Shown here in pieces: positions 11,422 to 22,717 of a stretch of 64,000 nt of DNA (position 1 is the first letter of the stretch; each line of letters opens with the position of its first letter). A model generated the notes under the pieces. The model was given only the letters and a program-made list of their open reading frames with translations. It did not search any database and was not told where the DNA came from. The stretch covers positions 72,742-136,741 of the forward strand of contig CAIJRD010000001.1 of NCBI GenBank assembly GCA_903822975.1, in the 5' to 3' direction. Position numbers and translations under genes: made by a program. This DNA is from an uncultured Sinobacteraceae bacterium. Its GTDB lineage: Bacteria > Pseudomonadota > Gammaproteobacteria > Nevskiales > Nevskiaceae.

Positions 11422-11572
11422 GCAATTCGTCAGTGATTCCTAGCTCAGGGTTGTCACGACGAGTCGGCGCCTGACAGCGCTCGTCCCGCTCCAGCGAGGC
11501 AAAACCCCGCTGGAGGTGCGCAAATCCGGCGCCGATGTGATAATTCCAAGCTTTTCCGCCGCACCTTAAGAG

Positions 11573-12124
11573 TTGACCGTGCCGAAAGCCCGCCCGCCTA
11601 CCCCAACACGCCAGACGACACCCGTCGTCGGCATCGTCATGGGTTCGCGCTCGGACTGGGACACGATGTCCCACGCCGCAGCCAAGCTGGATGAGCTCGG
11701 CGTTGCCTACGAAACGCGCGTGGTATCGGCACACCGCACCCCGGATCTGCTGTTCGAATATGCCGAGGGTGCCGCTTCGCGCGGCTTGCAGCTGATCATT
11801 GCCGGCGCGGGCGGTGCGGCCCACTTGCCCGGCATGCTGGCGGCGAAAACACGTTTGCCGGTGCTCGGCGTGCCGGTGCAATCCAAGGCCCTGAATGGCC
11901 TTGATTCGTTGCTGTCGATCGTGCAGATGCCGGCCGGCATTCCGGTCGCGACCTTGGCGATCGGCAATGCCGGTGCTGCCAACGCTGCGCTGCTGGCCTG
12001 CGCGATTTTGGCGCTGCACGATCCGGCGCTTGTGCAGCGGCTTGACGCGTTCCGCGCGCAACAGACCGCGCGCGTGCTGGCGGATGCCGATCCGGCCGTG
12101 CCGAGCAAGCCAACCCATCACTAG
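11573..12124 (+). CDS. purE: N5-carboxyaminoimidazole ribonucleotide mutase
   Basis: [42 protein letters not shown]. Exact start uncertain. Confidence 0.96.
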   Translation: MTVPKARPPTPTRQTTPVVGIVMGSRSDWDTMSHAAAKLDELGVAYETRVVSAHRTPDLLFEYAEGAASRGLQLIIAGAGGAAHLPGMLAAKTRLPVLGVPVQSKALNGLDSLLSIVQMPAGIPVATLAIGNAGAANAALLACAILALHDPALVQRLDAFRAQQTARVLADADPAVPSKPTHH

Positions 12125-12127
12125 CGA

Positions 12128-13225
12128 GTGCGTCCTGTGAGAGTCGGCATCCTCGGCGCGGGCCAGTTGGGCCGCATGCTGGCACTGGCGGGCTATCCGC
12201 TCGGGCTGGAGTTCGTGTTCCTCGATCCGGCTGCCGAAGCCTGTGCGTCACCGCTCGGCGCGCATCTGCACGCGGACTATCTGGATGAAGCCGCGCTCAC
12301 CACCTTCGTACAGCAGGTCGATGTCGCGACTTACGAATTCGAAAACGTGCCCGTACCGGCGGCAGATTTTGTCGCGTCGCGCGTCGCGTTGCGGCCCGCG
12401 CCGCGCGCGCTCACTGCTGGCCAGGATCGGCTCGGCGAGAAGCAGTTGTTCGAGCAGCTGGGGATTCCGGTGCCGCGCTACGCACCGGTCGATTCGCTCG
12501 AAGCGCTGCATGCCGCCGCACGACAGATCGGCTTGCCCGCGGTTTTGAAGACTCGGCGGATGGGATACGACGGCAAGGGTCAGGCAAGGCTGCGTTGTGA
12601 CGCGGATTGCGAGAATGCCTGGCAGACCCTCGGCGCGCAGCCGCTCATCCTCGAGGCGTTCGTGCCATTCGAGCGCGAGCTGTCGTGTTTGGGCGTGCGC
12701 GGCATCGATGGCGGCACGGCGTTCTATCCACTGGTCGAAAACGTCCATCGCGACGGCATCTTGCGCACATCCCGCCCCTGTGCGAACGATCCGCTTCAGT
12801 CGGTGGCCGAGGGCTACATGCGTCGATTGATGCAGCATCTCGACTACGTCGGCGTGCTCGCCTTTGAGTTCTTCGTGGTTGACGGGCAGCTACTGGCCAA
12901 CGAGATTGCGCCGCGCGTGCACAACTCCGGGCATTGGACCATCGAAGGTGCGGTGACCTCGCAGTTCGAGAATCACCTGCGTGCGATCTGTGGATTGCCG
13001 CTCGGTAGCACCGCGTTGCGCGGCGCCTCTCAGATGTTCAATTTCATCGGCGAGCTGCCGGCACTCGCCTTGATGAGCGAGATCGAGAATCTGCACGTGC
13101 ATCTCTACGGCAAGACGCCGAAACCGCTCCGGAAGGTGGGTCACGCCACCTTGAATTGCAGCGACGCGGCGGCGTTGGCGGCCGCGCTGCCAACGGTTAC
13201 GGCGAAGCTCGCCGCCTATCTCTAG
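12128..13225 (+). CDS. purK: N5-carboxyaminoimidazole ribonucleotide synthase
   Basis: GILGAGQLGRM, EFEN, GYDGKGQ, NEIAPRVHNSGH, HLYGK..RKVGH; follows purE. Confidence 0.96.
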   Translation: MRPVRVGILGAGQLGRMLALAGYPLGLEFVFLDPAAEACASPLGAHLHADYLDEAALTTFVQQVDVATYEFENVPVPAADFVASRVALRPAPRALTAGQDRLGEKQLFEQLGIPVPRYAPVDSLEALHAAARQIGLPAVLKTRRMGYDGKGQARLRCDADCENAWQTLGAQPLILEAFVPFERELSCLGVRGIDGGTAFYPLVENVHRDGILRTSRPCANDPLQSVAEGYMRRLMQHLDYVGVLAFEFFVVDGQLLANEIAPRVHNSGHWTIEGAVTSQFENHLRAICGLPLGSTALRGASQMFNFIGELPALALMSEIENLHVHLYGKTPKPLRKVGHATLNCSDAAALAAALPTVTAKLAAYL

Positions 13226-13382
13226 CGCCGCCCGTTCGCCGACCCGACGGTGGCCGGTTGATGTACGTGAAATCCTTCCTGCTGACCTAGGCTCGCAACG
13301 TAGCTGCCCGCCCAGTCCTCTCGCTGCGCGCGCCGATGACGCTTTGGCGCGAGGGGCGATTTATATGATTTATTTAATTTAA

Positions 13383-15793
<2,411 letters not shown>

Positions 15794-15833
15794 CTACCTT
15801 CAAAAATGGTTCGCACTACAGCCGAGCCTACGA

Positions 15834-15849
15834 TGTTCCACGTGGAACA
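15834..15849. promoter_or_regulatory. parS centromere-like ParB binding site
   Basis: TGTTCCACGTGGAACA, a perfect match to the bacterial parS consensus, within a 22-bp palindrome (15831-15852), about 1.2 kb from oriC. Confidence 0.9.
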
Positions 15850-15861
15850 TCGCGGCGTCGT

Positions 15862-16962
15862 TTAAAGTCGCATCGGCATGACGACGTACTTGTTCTCTTT
15901 CCGCTTCGGGTCGTAAATCAGCCCACTGGCGTCTGCGCTGCGGAGTTCGATTACGACATCCTCACCGTCGATCGCATCCAGTGCGTCCAACAGATAATTG
16001 ACGTTGAAGCCGATCTCCAGCGGCTCGCCTTCATAGCTGACCTCGATTTCTTCCTGCGCTTCCTCCTGATCCGGATTCTGCGTTTCGATCTTCAAGGTGC
16101 TGGCGTCGAGCAGCAGCCGCACGCCGCGGAATTTCTCGTTCGACAGCACCGAAGCGCGTGCAAGCGCCGAACGCAGCCGCTCGCGATTGCTGCTGAGCAG
16201 CTTGTCCGAATTGTCTGGAACCACGCGCTGATAGTCCGGGAAGCGACCGTCAATCAGCTTCGACAGCAGCTTCAGATCACCGGTATCAACTTCGATCTGG
16301 CTCGCCGAGATCTTGATCTCGATCTCTTGAGCCGACTGCTCAAGCTGGCGCTGCAGTTCCATCACGGCTTTCCGCGGAACGATCGCCTGGACGTCTTTTT
16401 CCAAAACGACTTCGCTGTCCTTCTCGGCCAAGGCCAGGCGATGACCATCAGTTGCCACGGCGCGTAGCTTGCCGGTTTTCAATTCCAGCATGAGGCCGTT
16501 CAAGTAATAGCGAACGTCCTGTTGCGCGATCGCGAATTGGGTGCGGCTGATCAAATCCTTCAAATCACCGCCGCGTAGCTTGATGGTGACTTCCGATCCG
16601 GTTGCCGCCATCAAAGGGTATTCGTCGGCCGGCAAGCAGGACAGCACGTAACGGCTCTTCCCCGACCGAATCACAGCGCGTGCCTGATCTTGCTCGATCG
16701 AGACGCTGGCACCCTCCGGCAGGCCCCGGCAGATATCGTGCAGCTTGCGGGCCGGAAGCGTCATGCGTCCCGGCGCCAAATTCTGAATTCGGATGCGTCG
16801 CTCGGCCTGCAGTTCCAGATCGCTGGCCGTGATGGACAACTCGTCCTCGCTGGCGACCATTAGCACGTTGCTCAGGATCGGCAACGACTGCCGTCGCTCG
16901 ACAACACCGATCACGGATTGGATGGCACCTAACAGCTCGCCGCGCGAAGTCTGGATGTTCAT
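15862..16962 (-). CDS. dnaN: DNA polymerase III beta sliding clamp
   Basis: LPILSNVL, QQDVRYYLNG, ATDGHRLA, DGRFPDY, C-terminal VVMPMRL. Confidence 0.98.
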   Translation of the reverse strand: MNIQTSRGELLGAIQSVIGVVERRQSLPILSNVLMVASEDELSITASDLELQAERRIRIQNLAPGRMTLPARKLHDICRGLPEGASVSIEQDQARAVIRSGKSRYVLSCLPADEYPLMAATGSEVTIKLRGGDLKDLISRTQFAIAQQDVRYYLNGLMLELKTGKLRAVATDGHRLALAEKDSEVVLEKDVQAIVPRKAVMELQRQLEQSAQEIEIKISASQIEVDTGDLKLLSKLIDGRFPDYQRVVPDNSDKLLSSNRERLRSALARASVLSNEKFRGVRLLLDASTLKIETQNPDQEEAQEEIEVSYEGEPLEIGFNVNYLLDALDAIDGEDVVIELRSADASGLIYDPKRKENKYVVMPMRL

Positions 16963-17207
16963 TGTTATTTATAGATATCTGATAAGACAATCATACTAAT
17001 AATAGAGTTGATGAGCTGCGCGGGATAAGTCTGAAAAATCGATAACTATCATATAGTTGATTCGAAATCCCCGACCTGTTAACCGCTTCATCCAGCACCG
17101 GCACAGACGTCTGATGAGCTGTGGATAATTAAGACCGGACAAGTTAACCCGAAATTATACACAGGACGTCCCTGCCGCCATCCGCAGGCTTACCCAGGCC
17201 TCGCGCT
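16963..17207. promoter_or_regulatory. Putative oriC (dnaA-dnaN intergenic region)
   Basis: Consensus DnaA boxes TGTGGATAA (17120-17128) and TTATACACA (17155-17163), degenerate box GCGGGATAA (17020-17028), IHF-like site on the minus strand (17050-17062, AATCAACTATATG), AT-rich segment with a DnaA-trio-like array at 16990-17013. Confidence 0.85.
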
Positions 17208-18566
17208 TCAATTTGTCAGCACCCGCTGCAGGTTCTCGAAATCCTCACGCAGACGCTCATCGATGTCGCGCAGTTCAGCAATCTTGCGGCAGGCGTGCAT
17301 CACCGTGGTGTGGTCTTTGTCGAAGGCGGAACCGATTTCCGGATAGCTGTGCTGGGTCAGTTCTTTCGCCAGAGCCATTGCCATCTGGCGCGGGCGCGCC
17401 AGCGAGCGCGTGCGGCGTGGCGACGACAGATCGGACAGCCGGATGTTGTAGTAGCCGGCGACGGTTCGCTTGATGTTGTCGAGCGTCACCGCGCGGTCAT
17501 ACGACGCCAGCATGTCACGCAGACAGGAACGCGCAAATTCAACGGTTACCGGGGTGCCGGTCAGGCGCGCCGATGCGCTGAGTCGATGCAAGGCGCCTTC
17601 GAGTTCACGCACATTCGAGCGGATCCGTTGCGCCACCAAGACCGCCACGTCTTCGGGCAGACGAATGCCCATCGAATCGGCCTTGCTCAACAAAATAGCG
17701 ATACGGGTCTCGAATTCCGGCGGTTCGATCGGTACCGACAAACCCCAGGTAAAGCGCGATTTGAGTCGATCGTCGAGCGCGTCCAGCTCACGCGGATAGC
17801 GATCGCAGGTCAGCACGATTTGCTTGCGGCCATCGATCAGCGCGTTGAACGTGTGGAAAAACTCTTCCTGCGACTGCTCCTTGCCGGCAATAAAGTGAAT
17901 GTCGTCGATCAGCAAGGCATCGGCTGAACGGTAGAAATTTTTGAACTCCGCCACGCGACCGAATCGAATCGACGAGACGAACTGGTTTAACCATTGCTCG
18001 GCGCCGACATAAACGATGCGCGCAAAAGGAGAGCGCGCCAGGATTGCATTGCCGATGCTGTGCATCAGATGCGTCTTGCCAAGACCCGACTCGCCATAAA
18101 TCAACAGCGGGTTGTAAACGTGTCCGGGACTGCTGGCGACCTGCTGGCCGGCGGCGCGCGCCTGCGAGTTCGACTTACCCTCGATGAACGAGTCCAGCGT
18201 GTACCGAGGGTCCAAGCGCCCAACGGTGTGACCGGCCACCGGCTCGGCGACGGCCGCGCTGGGGGAGATCGGCGCGGCCGGTGCCGCCACAACCGGCAAA
18301 GGCACATCTCGAACGGGTTCGGCAGCACTACCAACCGCGAGGCTCACGCTCATGTCGTAACCAGCGAGCTTCGACAACACCTTCTGAATCCGCGGCAGAA
18401 AATCGACCCGCACGCGCTCCAGCACCATACGATTGGGCGCGAGGAGCGTCAGTTGGTCGGCGGACTCCACCGCGCGAAGCGGCCGGATCCAGGTGCTGAT
18501 CTCGCGGTCGGGCAGCTCCGATTCGAGCCGTTCCAGGCATCGATCCCAATAATTTTCGCCTAGCAT
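17208..18566 (-). CDS. dnaA: Chromosomal replication initiator DnaA
   Basis: YNPLLIYGESGLGKTHL, LLIDDI, RLKSRF, SNVRELEGAL, DHTTVMHA. Confidence 0.98.
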   Translation of the reverse strand: MLGENYWDRCLERLESELPDREISTWIRPLRAVESADQLTLLAPNRMVLERVRVDFLPRIQKVLSKLAGYDMSVSLAVGSAAEPVRDVPLPVVAAPAAPISPSAAVAEPVAGHTVGRLDPRYTLDSFIEGKSNSQARAAGQQVASSPGHVYNPLLIYGESGLGKTHLMHSIGNAILARSPFARIVYVGAEQWLNQFVSSIRFGRVAEFKNFYRSADALLIDDIHFIAGKEQSQEEFFHTFNALIDGRKQIVLTCDRYPRELDALDDRLKSRFTWGLSVPIEPPEFETRIAILLSKADSMGIRLPEDVAVLVAQRIRSNVRELEGALHRLSASARLTGTPVTVEFARSCLRDMLASYDRAVTLDNIKRTVAGYYNIRLSDLSSPRRTRSLARPRQMAMALAKELTQHSYPEIGSAFDKDHTTVMHACRKIAELRDIDERLREDFENLQRVLTN

Positions 18567-18650
18567 CCGAAGTTCGCGCCTGACCGAGGTGACATGACTA
18601 AAAGTGCCGCGGGTCGATGTGGACGGCGAGTCTAGCCCGCGGCAGCGAAG

Positions 18651-18659
18651 TTATCCACA
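18651..18659 (+). promoter_or_regulatory. DnaA box in the dnaA/rpmH divergent promoter region
   Basis: Perfect TTATCCACA. Confidence 0.8.
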
Positions 18660-18732
18660 AGGCACACGGCTTGCTCCCTGTTGATCGAGCCGCTTATACT
18701 GGCCGACTGTAAACCGTCCGAGTAATGAGCAA

Positions 18733-18867
18733 ATGAAACGCACTTTTCAGCCGCACACCCTGCGCAGAAAGCGCACCCACGGCTTCCGCGCACGTATGGC
18801 CACCAAGGGTGGACGTCTGGTGCTCGCGCGTCGCCGCGCCAAGGGCCGCAAGCGGTTAATCCCGTAA
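18733..18867 (+). CDS. rpmH: 50S ribosomal protein L34
   Basis: Manual translation [44 protein letters not shown] (44 aa; absent from the ORF track). Confidence 0.98.
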   Translation: MKRTFQPHTLRRKRTHGFRARMATKGGRLVLARRRAKGRKRLIP

Positions 18868-19238
18868 GCAGACCGGATTCCGGCGGGCATCGATTTGCCC
18901 GCAGCTCGCGCCTTCTTCGGCCGAGTGAATTCGAAACCACGTTTAGTAACGGCAGCAGAATCACCCGCAAACCCGTCGGACTGGTTTTCTCAGTCAACCA
19001 GATCGGTGCGGCGCGATTAGGGCTGGCAATTTCCAAGAAAGCGGTGCCGCTCGCAAGCCGGCGCAACCGGCTCAAGCGTGTTGTCCGCGATACGTTTCGG
19101 CACGCAGCGCCGGAATTGCCCGCCGTTGATATTGTGATCTACATGCAACCTGGCGGCGGTAAGCTGGCCGCGCCCGAATTGCGGCGAATCCTGACGCAGC
19201 TGTGGGCCAAGGTAGTCGAACGATGCGCCTCCTCCTGA
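18864..19238 (+). CDS. rnpA: Ribonuclease P protein component (start codon unresolved; GTA at 18864 proposed)
   Basis: Frame open from 18729: ...[13 protein letters not shown]...[29 protein letters not shown] (RNR motif). No in-frame ATG/GTG/TTG before the GTG at 19044, which lies inside the conserved core. Confidence 0.9.
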   Translation, partial: VSRPDSGGHRFARSSRLLRPSEFETTFSNGSRITRKPVGLVFSVNQIGAARLGLAISKKAVPLASRRNRLKRVVRDTFRHAAPELPAVDIVIYMQPGGGKLAAPELRRILTQLWAKVVERCASS

Positions 19239-19438
19239 TTGCACTCGTCCGCCTGTATCAATTGACGGTGAGCCGGCTGTTGCCGCCGCGCTGCCGTTTT
19301 TATCCAAGTTGTTCGACCTATGCGATCGAGGCCTTGCAGCGGCACGGGACCGCGCGCGGCGCCTGGCTCGCCACGCGACGCATCTGTCGCTGCCACCCCT
19401 TAAACCGCGGCGGTTTCGACCCGGTTCCGGAACTCTAA
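19223..19438 (+). CDS. yidD: Membrane protein insertion efficiency factor YidD
   Basis: [29 protein letters not shown]; ATG 19223 overlaps the rnpA end. Confidence 0.93.
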   Translation: MRLLLIALVRLYQLTVSRLLPPRCRFYPSCSTYAIEALQRHGTARGAWLATRRICRCHPLNRGGFDPVPEL

Positions 19439-19444
19439 AGCGCA

Positions 19445-21127
19445 ATGGAAAATCGTCGCACTATCCTGTTCGCCGTGATCGGTGTCCTGCTGTTCCTGCT
19501 TTATCGCGCTTGGGAAACCGACGTCAACGAAGCCGCGCAAGCACAGGCCGCGCGCGCCGACACCGAACTGCCGACAGCCAACGACGCTGCCAAAACCAGC
19601 GCTGCATCCGGCACCCCCGCAACCGGCGCAACGCCGAGTGTCGCCACTGCACCGACCGGCGCCGGCAGCGCAGTGGCTGATCGTGTGCACGTCATCACCG
19701 ACAAACTCGAAGTCGAAATCGATCCGATCGGTGGCGACCTGCGGCATGTCGAACTGCTGGACTATGCCGAGGACAAGAAGACGCCAGACAAGAAGTTGGC
19801 GCTGCTGGACGATCGCAACGGTCACTTCTTCATTCTGCAAAGCGGGCTGGCGGGTTCCGACAAGCCATTGACCAGCAGTCAGACGGTCTATCACTCGGCG
19901 CAAACCGAATATCGTCTCGCCGATGGAACGGATGCGCTGGACGTGACCCTCGAGGCCGTCGATGCCTCGGGTTACAGCGTACGCAAGACCTTCCATTTTC
20001 ACCGCGGCAGCTACGAGCTAGAAATTGAGCAGACGCTGAACAACACCGGCGCGCAACCGATTTCGGCGAGCCCCTACCTGCGTTGGCAGCGCACTGCGGT
20101 CGCCGTTGGCCACGAACCGCCTTTCACGCCAACCTTCATCGGTATGGGCGTGTACGAGCAGAAGCCCGGCACCAGCGAGTACCGCTTCGAGAAATCCAGC
20201 TTCAAGGATCTCGATAAGAAGTCGTACAGCTCAAGTCAGACTGGCGGCTGGATCGCGATGCTGCAGCACTATTTCGTCGCCGCAATCATCCCGCCCGCTG
20301 ACGAAGCGGCGACCTTCACCGCCAAGCCCGCAACGCCCGGTTACCAAGCGCAATACGTCGGCGCCCTGAAACCGATCGAGGCCGGCGCGAAGCAAAGCTT
20401 CAATACGAAGATTTATATCGGACCGAAACAGCAAGGCTCGCTCGACGCGATCACGCCCGGGCTCGAACTGACCGACAACTACGGCCTGCTGTCACCGGTG
20501 GCAAAGCCGTTGTTCTGGATTCTGAAGACCTTCCACTCGTTCACGGGCAACTGGGGCTGGTCGATCATCCTGCTGACGCTGCTGGTCAAGGGCGCGTTCT
20601 ATCCGCTGACCGCCGCGCAGTACAAATCAGCGGCCAAGATGCGTCAGTTCACGCCGCGCATCAAAGAGCTTAAGGAGCGCTTCGCAGATGATCGCGAGCG
20701 GCTCAACAAGGCGATGATGGAACTGTACAAGAAGGAAGGCTTCAATCCGCTCGCGGGTTGTTGGCCGCTGCTGGTGCAGATGCCGGTTTTCTTCGGACTC
20801 TACCGCGTGCTTTACGAAAGCGTCGAGCTGCGTCAGGCACCCTTCGTTCTGTGGATGCAGGATCTATCGGCTGCCGATCCACTGTTCATCATGCCGGTGC
20901 TGTATGGCGCCAGCATGTGGGTGCAGCAGCGGCTGTCGGGTCAAACCGCGACGATGGATCCGGCACAGCAGAAAGTCATGAACGTCATGCCGATCGCTTT
21001 GACCGGTCTTTTCCTGTTCTTCCCAGTCGGCCTGGTGCTCTATTGGCTGATCAGCAATCTGATCGGCATCGCGCAGCAATGGATCATCACCAAGCGCACC
21101 GAAGCGGCAGGCGCCGCCCGGCGCTAA
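19445..21127 (+). CDS. yidC: Membrane protein insertase YidC
   Basis: N-terminal TM, periplasmic domain, NWGWSIILLT, GCWPLLVQMP, LYWLISN. Confidence 0.97.
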   Translation: MENRRTILFAVIGVLLFLLYRAWETDVNEAAQAQAARADTELPTANDAAKTSAASGTPATGATPSVATAPTGAGSAVADRVHVITDKLEVEIDPIGGDLRHVELLDYAEDKKTPDKKLALLDDRNGHFFILQSGLAGSDKPLTSSQTVYHSAQTEYRLADGTDALDVTLEAVDASGYSVRKTFHFHRGSYELEIEQTLNNTGAQPISASPYLRWQRTAVAVGHEPPFTPTFIGMGVYEQKPGTSEYRFEKSSFKDLDKKSYSSSQTGGWIAMLQHYFVAAIIPPADEAATFTAKPATPGYQAQYVGALKPIEAGAKQSFNTKIYIGPKQQGSLDAITPGLELTDNYGLLSPVAKPLFWILKTFHSFTGNWGWSIILLTLLVKGAFYPLTAAQYKSAAKMRQFTPRIKELKERFADDRERLNKAMMELYKKEGFNPLAGCWPLLVQMPVFFGLYRVLYESVELRQAPFVLWMQDLSAADPLFIMPVLYGASMWVQQRLSGQTATMDPAQQKVMNVMPIALTGLFLFFPVGLVLYWLISNLIGIAQQWIITKRTEAAGAARR

Positions 21128-21157
21128 ACGCCGTACACGTACCGCCAGGCACAGCGC

Positions 21158-22522
21158 GTGAGCCGTGGCACCGACACCATTGTCGCGATCGCCACGGCGG
21201 CGGGCCGCGGTGGCGTGGGTATCATCCGTGTCTCCGGTAGCGCCGCTACTTCAACAGTAGCAAGCCTTGCCGGCGCGATGCCGCCGGCCAGACAAGCGAG
21301 CCTTCGGAGTTTTCGCCGCGCCGACGGAACCGTGCTCGACGAAGGACTCTTGCTGTATTTCCCCGCGCCGCATTCGTTCACTGGCGAGGACGTCGTCGAG
21401 CTGCAGGCACACGGCAGCCCGGTGGCACTCGGCGAAATTCTTGAAGCGCTGTGCGAAGCCGGCGCCCGTATCGCGCGGCCGGGCGAGTTCTCCGAGCGAG
21501 CCTTCCTGAACGGACGCATGGACTTGGCACAGGCTGAGGCGGTCGCCGATCTCATCGAGGCCAGCAGTCGTGCCGGTGCGCGCGCCGCCAGCCGCTCCGT
21601 GCAAGGCGAGTTCTCTCGAAAGATCGACACCGCAGTTGAGGCCCTGATCTCGCTGCGGGTGCTACTCGAAGCCGCGCTGGATTTTTCCGACGAGGAAGTG
21701 CCCGCAGCTGCACCTGCGGTACTGCTGACCAAATTGCAGGCGCTGGCCGACGATATTGCCGCGGTCCTGCACGCCAGTCAGCAAGGACGCCGATTGCGCG
21801 AAGGCATGCGGGTGGCGATTGCGGGCCAGCCCAACGTCGGCAAATCCACCTTGCTCAATCGCCTCGCTGGTGTCGACGCCGCGATCGTGTCGCCCCACGC
21901 CGGCACCACGCGCGACGTGTTGCGCGAATCGGTGTTGGTCGATGGTCTTCCGTTGATCATCATCGACACCGCCGGATTACGCGAAACGGCAGATCCGATT
22001 GAGCGGGAAGGCATTCGCCGCGCACGCAGCGAAATCGCCCAGGCCGAGTTGGTGCTGCTGCTGGTGGACGATCGGGACACCGATCTCGCCGCGCAACTCC
22101 GGCTGGTACAGGCGGAATTGAGCGATCGCGAAACGACGCTGCCGATTCTGATTGTTCGCAACAAATGCGACTTGAGCGGTGGCGAGCCTGGCACGACGAA
22201 CACGTATCGTGAGCACACATCGATTCGAGTCAGCGCCACCAGCGGTGATGGATTGGACACCTTGAAGACCGCCATTCGAACCCGTGCCGGACTCGACGAC
22301 AGCAGCACGCAGATGTTTTCCGCACGCGCGCGGCACGTCGAATCACTGCAGGAGGCCGCGCTGCATATCCGTCTCGCCCGACATCACGCCGGCACGCAGG
22401 ACGCGGTACTGGTCGCCGAGGAACTGCGTTTGGCACAGCGAGCACTAGAAACCATTACCGGCCGCTTCGGCAGCGAAGAGTTGCTGGGCCGGATTTTCTC
22501 GAGCTTTTGCCTCGGCAAGTAA
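21158..22522 (+). CDS. mnmE: tRNA modification GTPase MnmE
   Basis: DTIVAIATA, HGS, GEFSERAFLNG, GQPNVGKS, GTTRD, DTAG, NKCD, C-terminal FCLGK. Confidence 0.97.
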   Translation: MSRGTDTIVAIATAAGRGGVGIIRVSGSAATSTVASLAGAMPPARQASLRSFRRADGTVLDEGLLLYFPAPHSFTGEDVVELQAHGSPVALGEILEALCEAGARIARPGEFSERAFLNGRMDLAQAEAVADLIEASSRAGARAASRSVQGEFSRKIDTAVEALISLRVLLEAALDFSDEEVPAAAPAVLLTKLQALADDIAAVLHASQQGRRLREGMRVAIAGQPNVGKSTLLNRLAGVDAAIVSPHAGTTRDVLRESVLVDGLPLIIIDTAGLRETADPIEREGIRRARSEIAQAELVLLLVDDRDTDLAAQLRLVQAELSDRETTLPILIVRNKCDLSGGEPGTTNTYREHTSIRVSATSGDGLDTLKTAIRTRAGLDDSSTQMFSARARHVESLQEAALHIRLARHHAGTQDAVLVAEELRLAQRALETITGRFGSEELLGRIFSSFCLGK

Positions 22523-22717
22523 TTAGGGCTTGTTGCGGATTCGTTGAGCGCTCGTCGACGCAAGCTGCCTTGCGGTAAAGTGGCCACCGTCGCCGCCGCA
22601 CGAAGCCGATGTCGCTCAGTGCTGTTTGCGATTGGCCAATTCAGATTGCTCAGGCGGCCCAGCAGCATCCTTGTCGAAATCCACAGCAACCAATAACCCG
22701 GCGACGTTTCGCCATTC

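Noticed and set aside
11498-11530. GGCAAA...CGCAAA resemblance to a c-di-GMP-I riboswitch
   Set aside because: No GNRA loop, GGGACGCAAA is not matched, and the bases fit a different hairpin better.
22505-22522. mnmE 3' end as a genomic-island attachment site (SGI1-type hotspot)
   Set aside because: No integrase follows and I saw no duplicated att copy in the window; the site appears empty.
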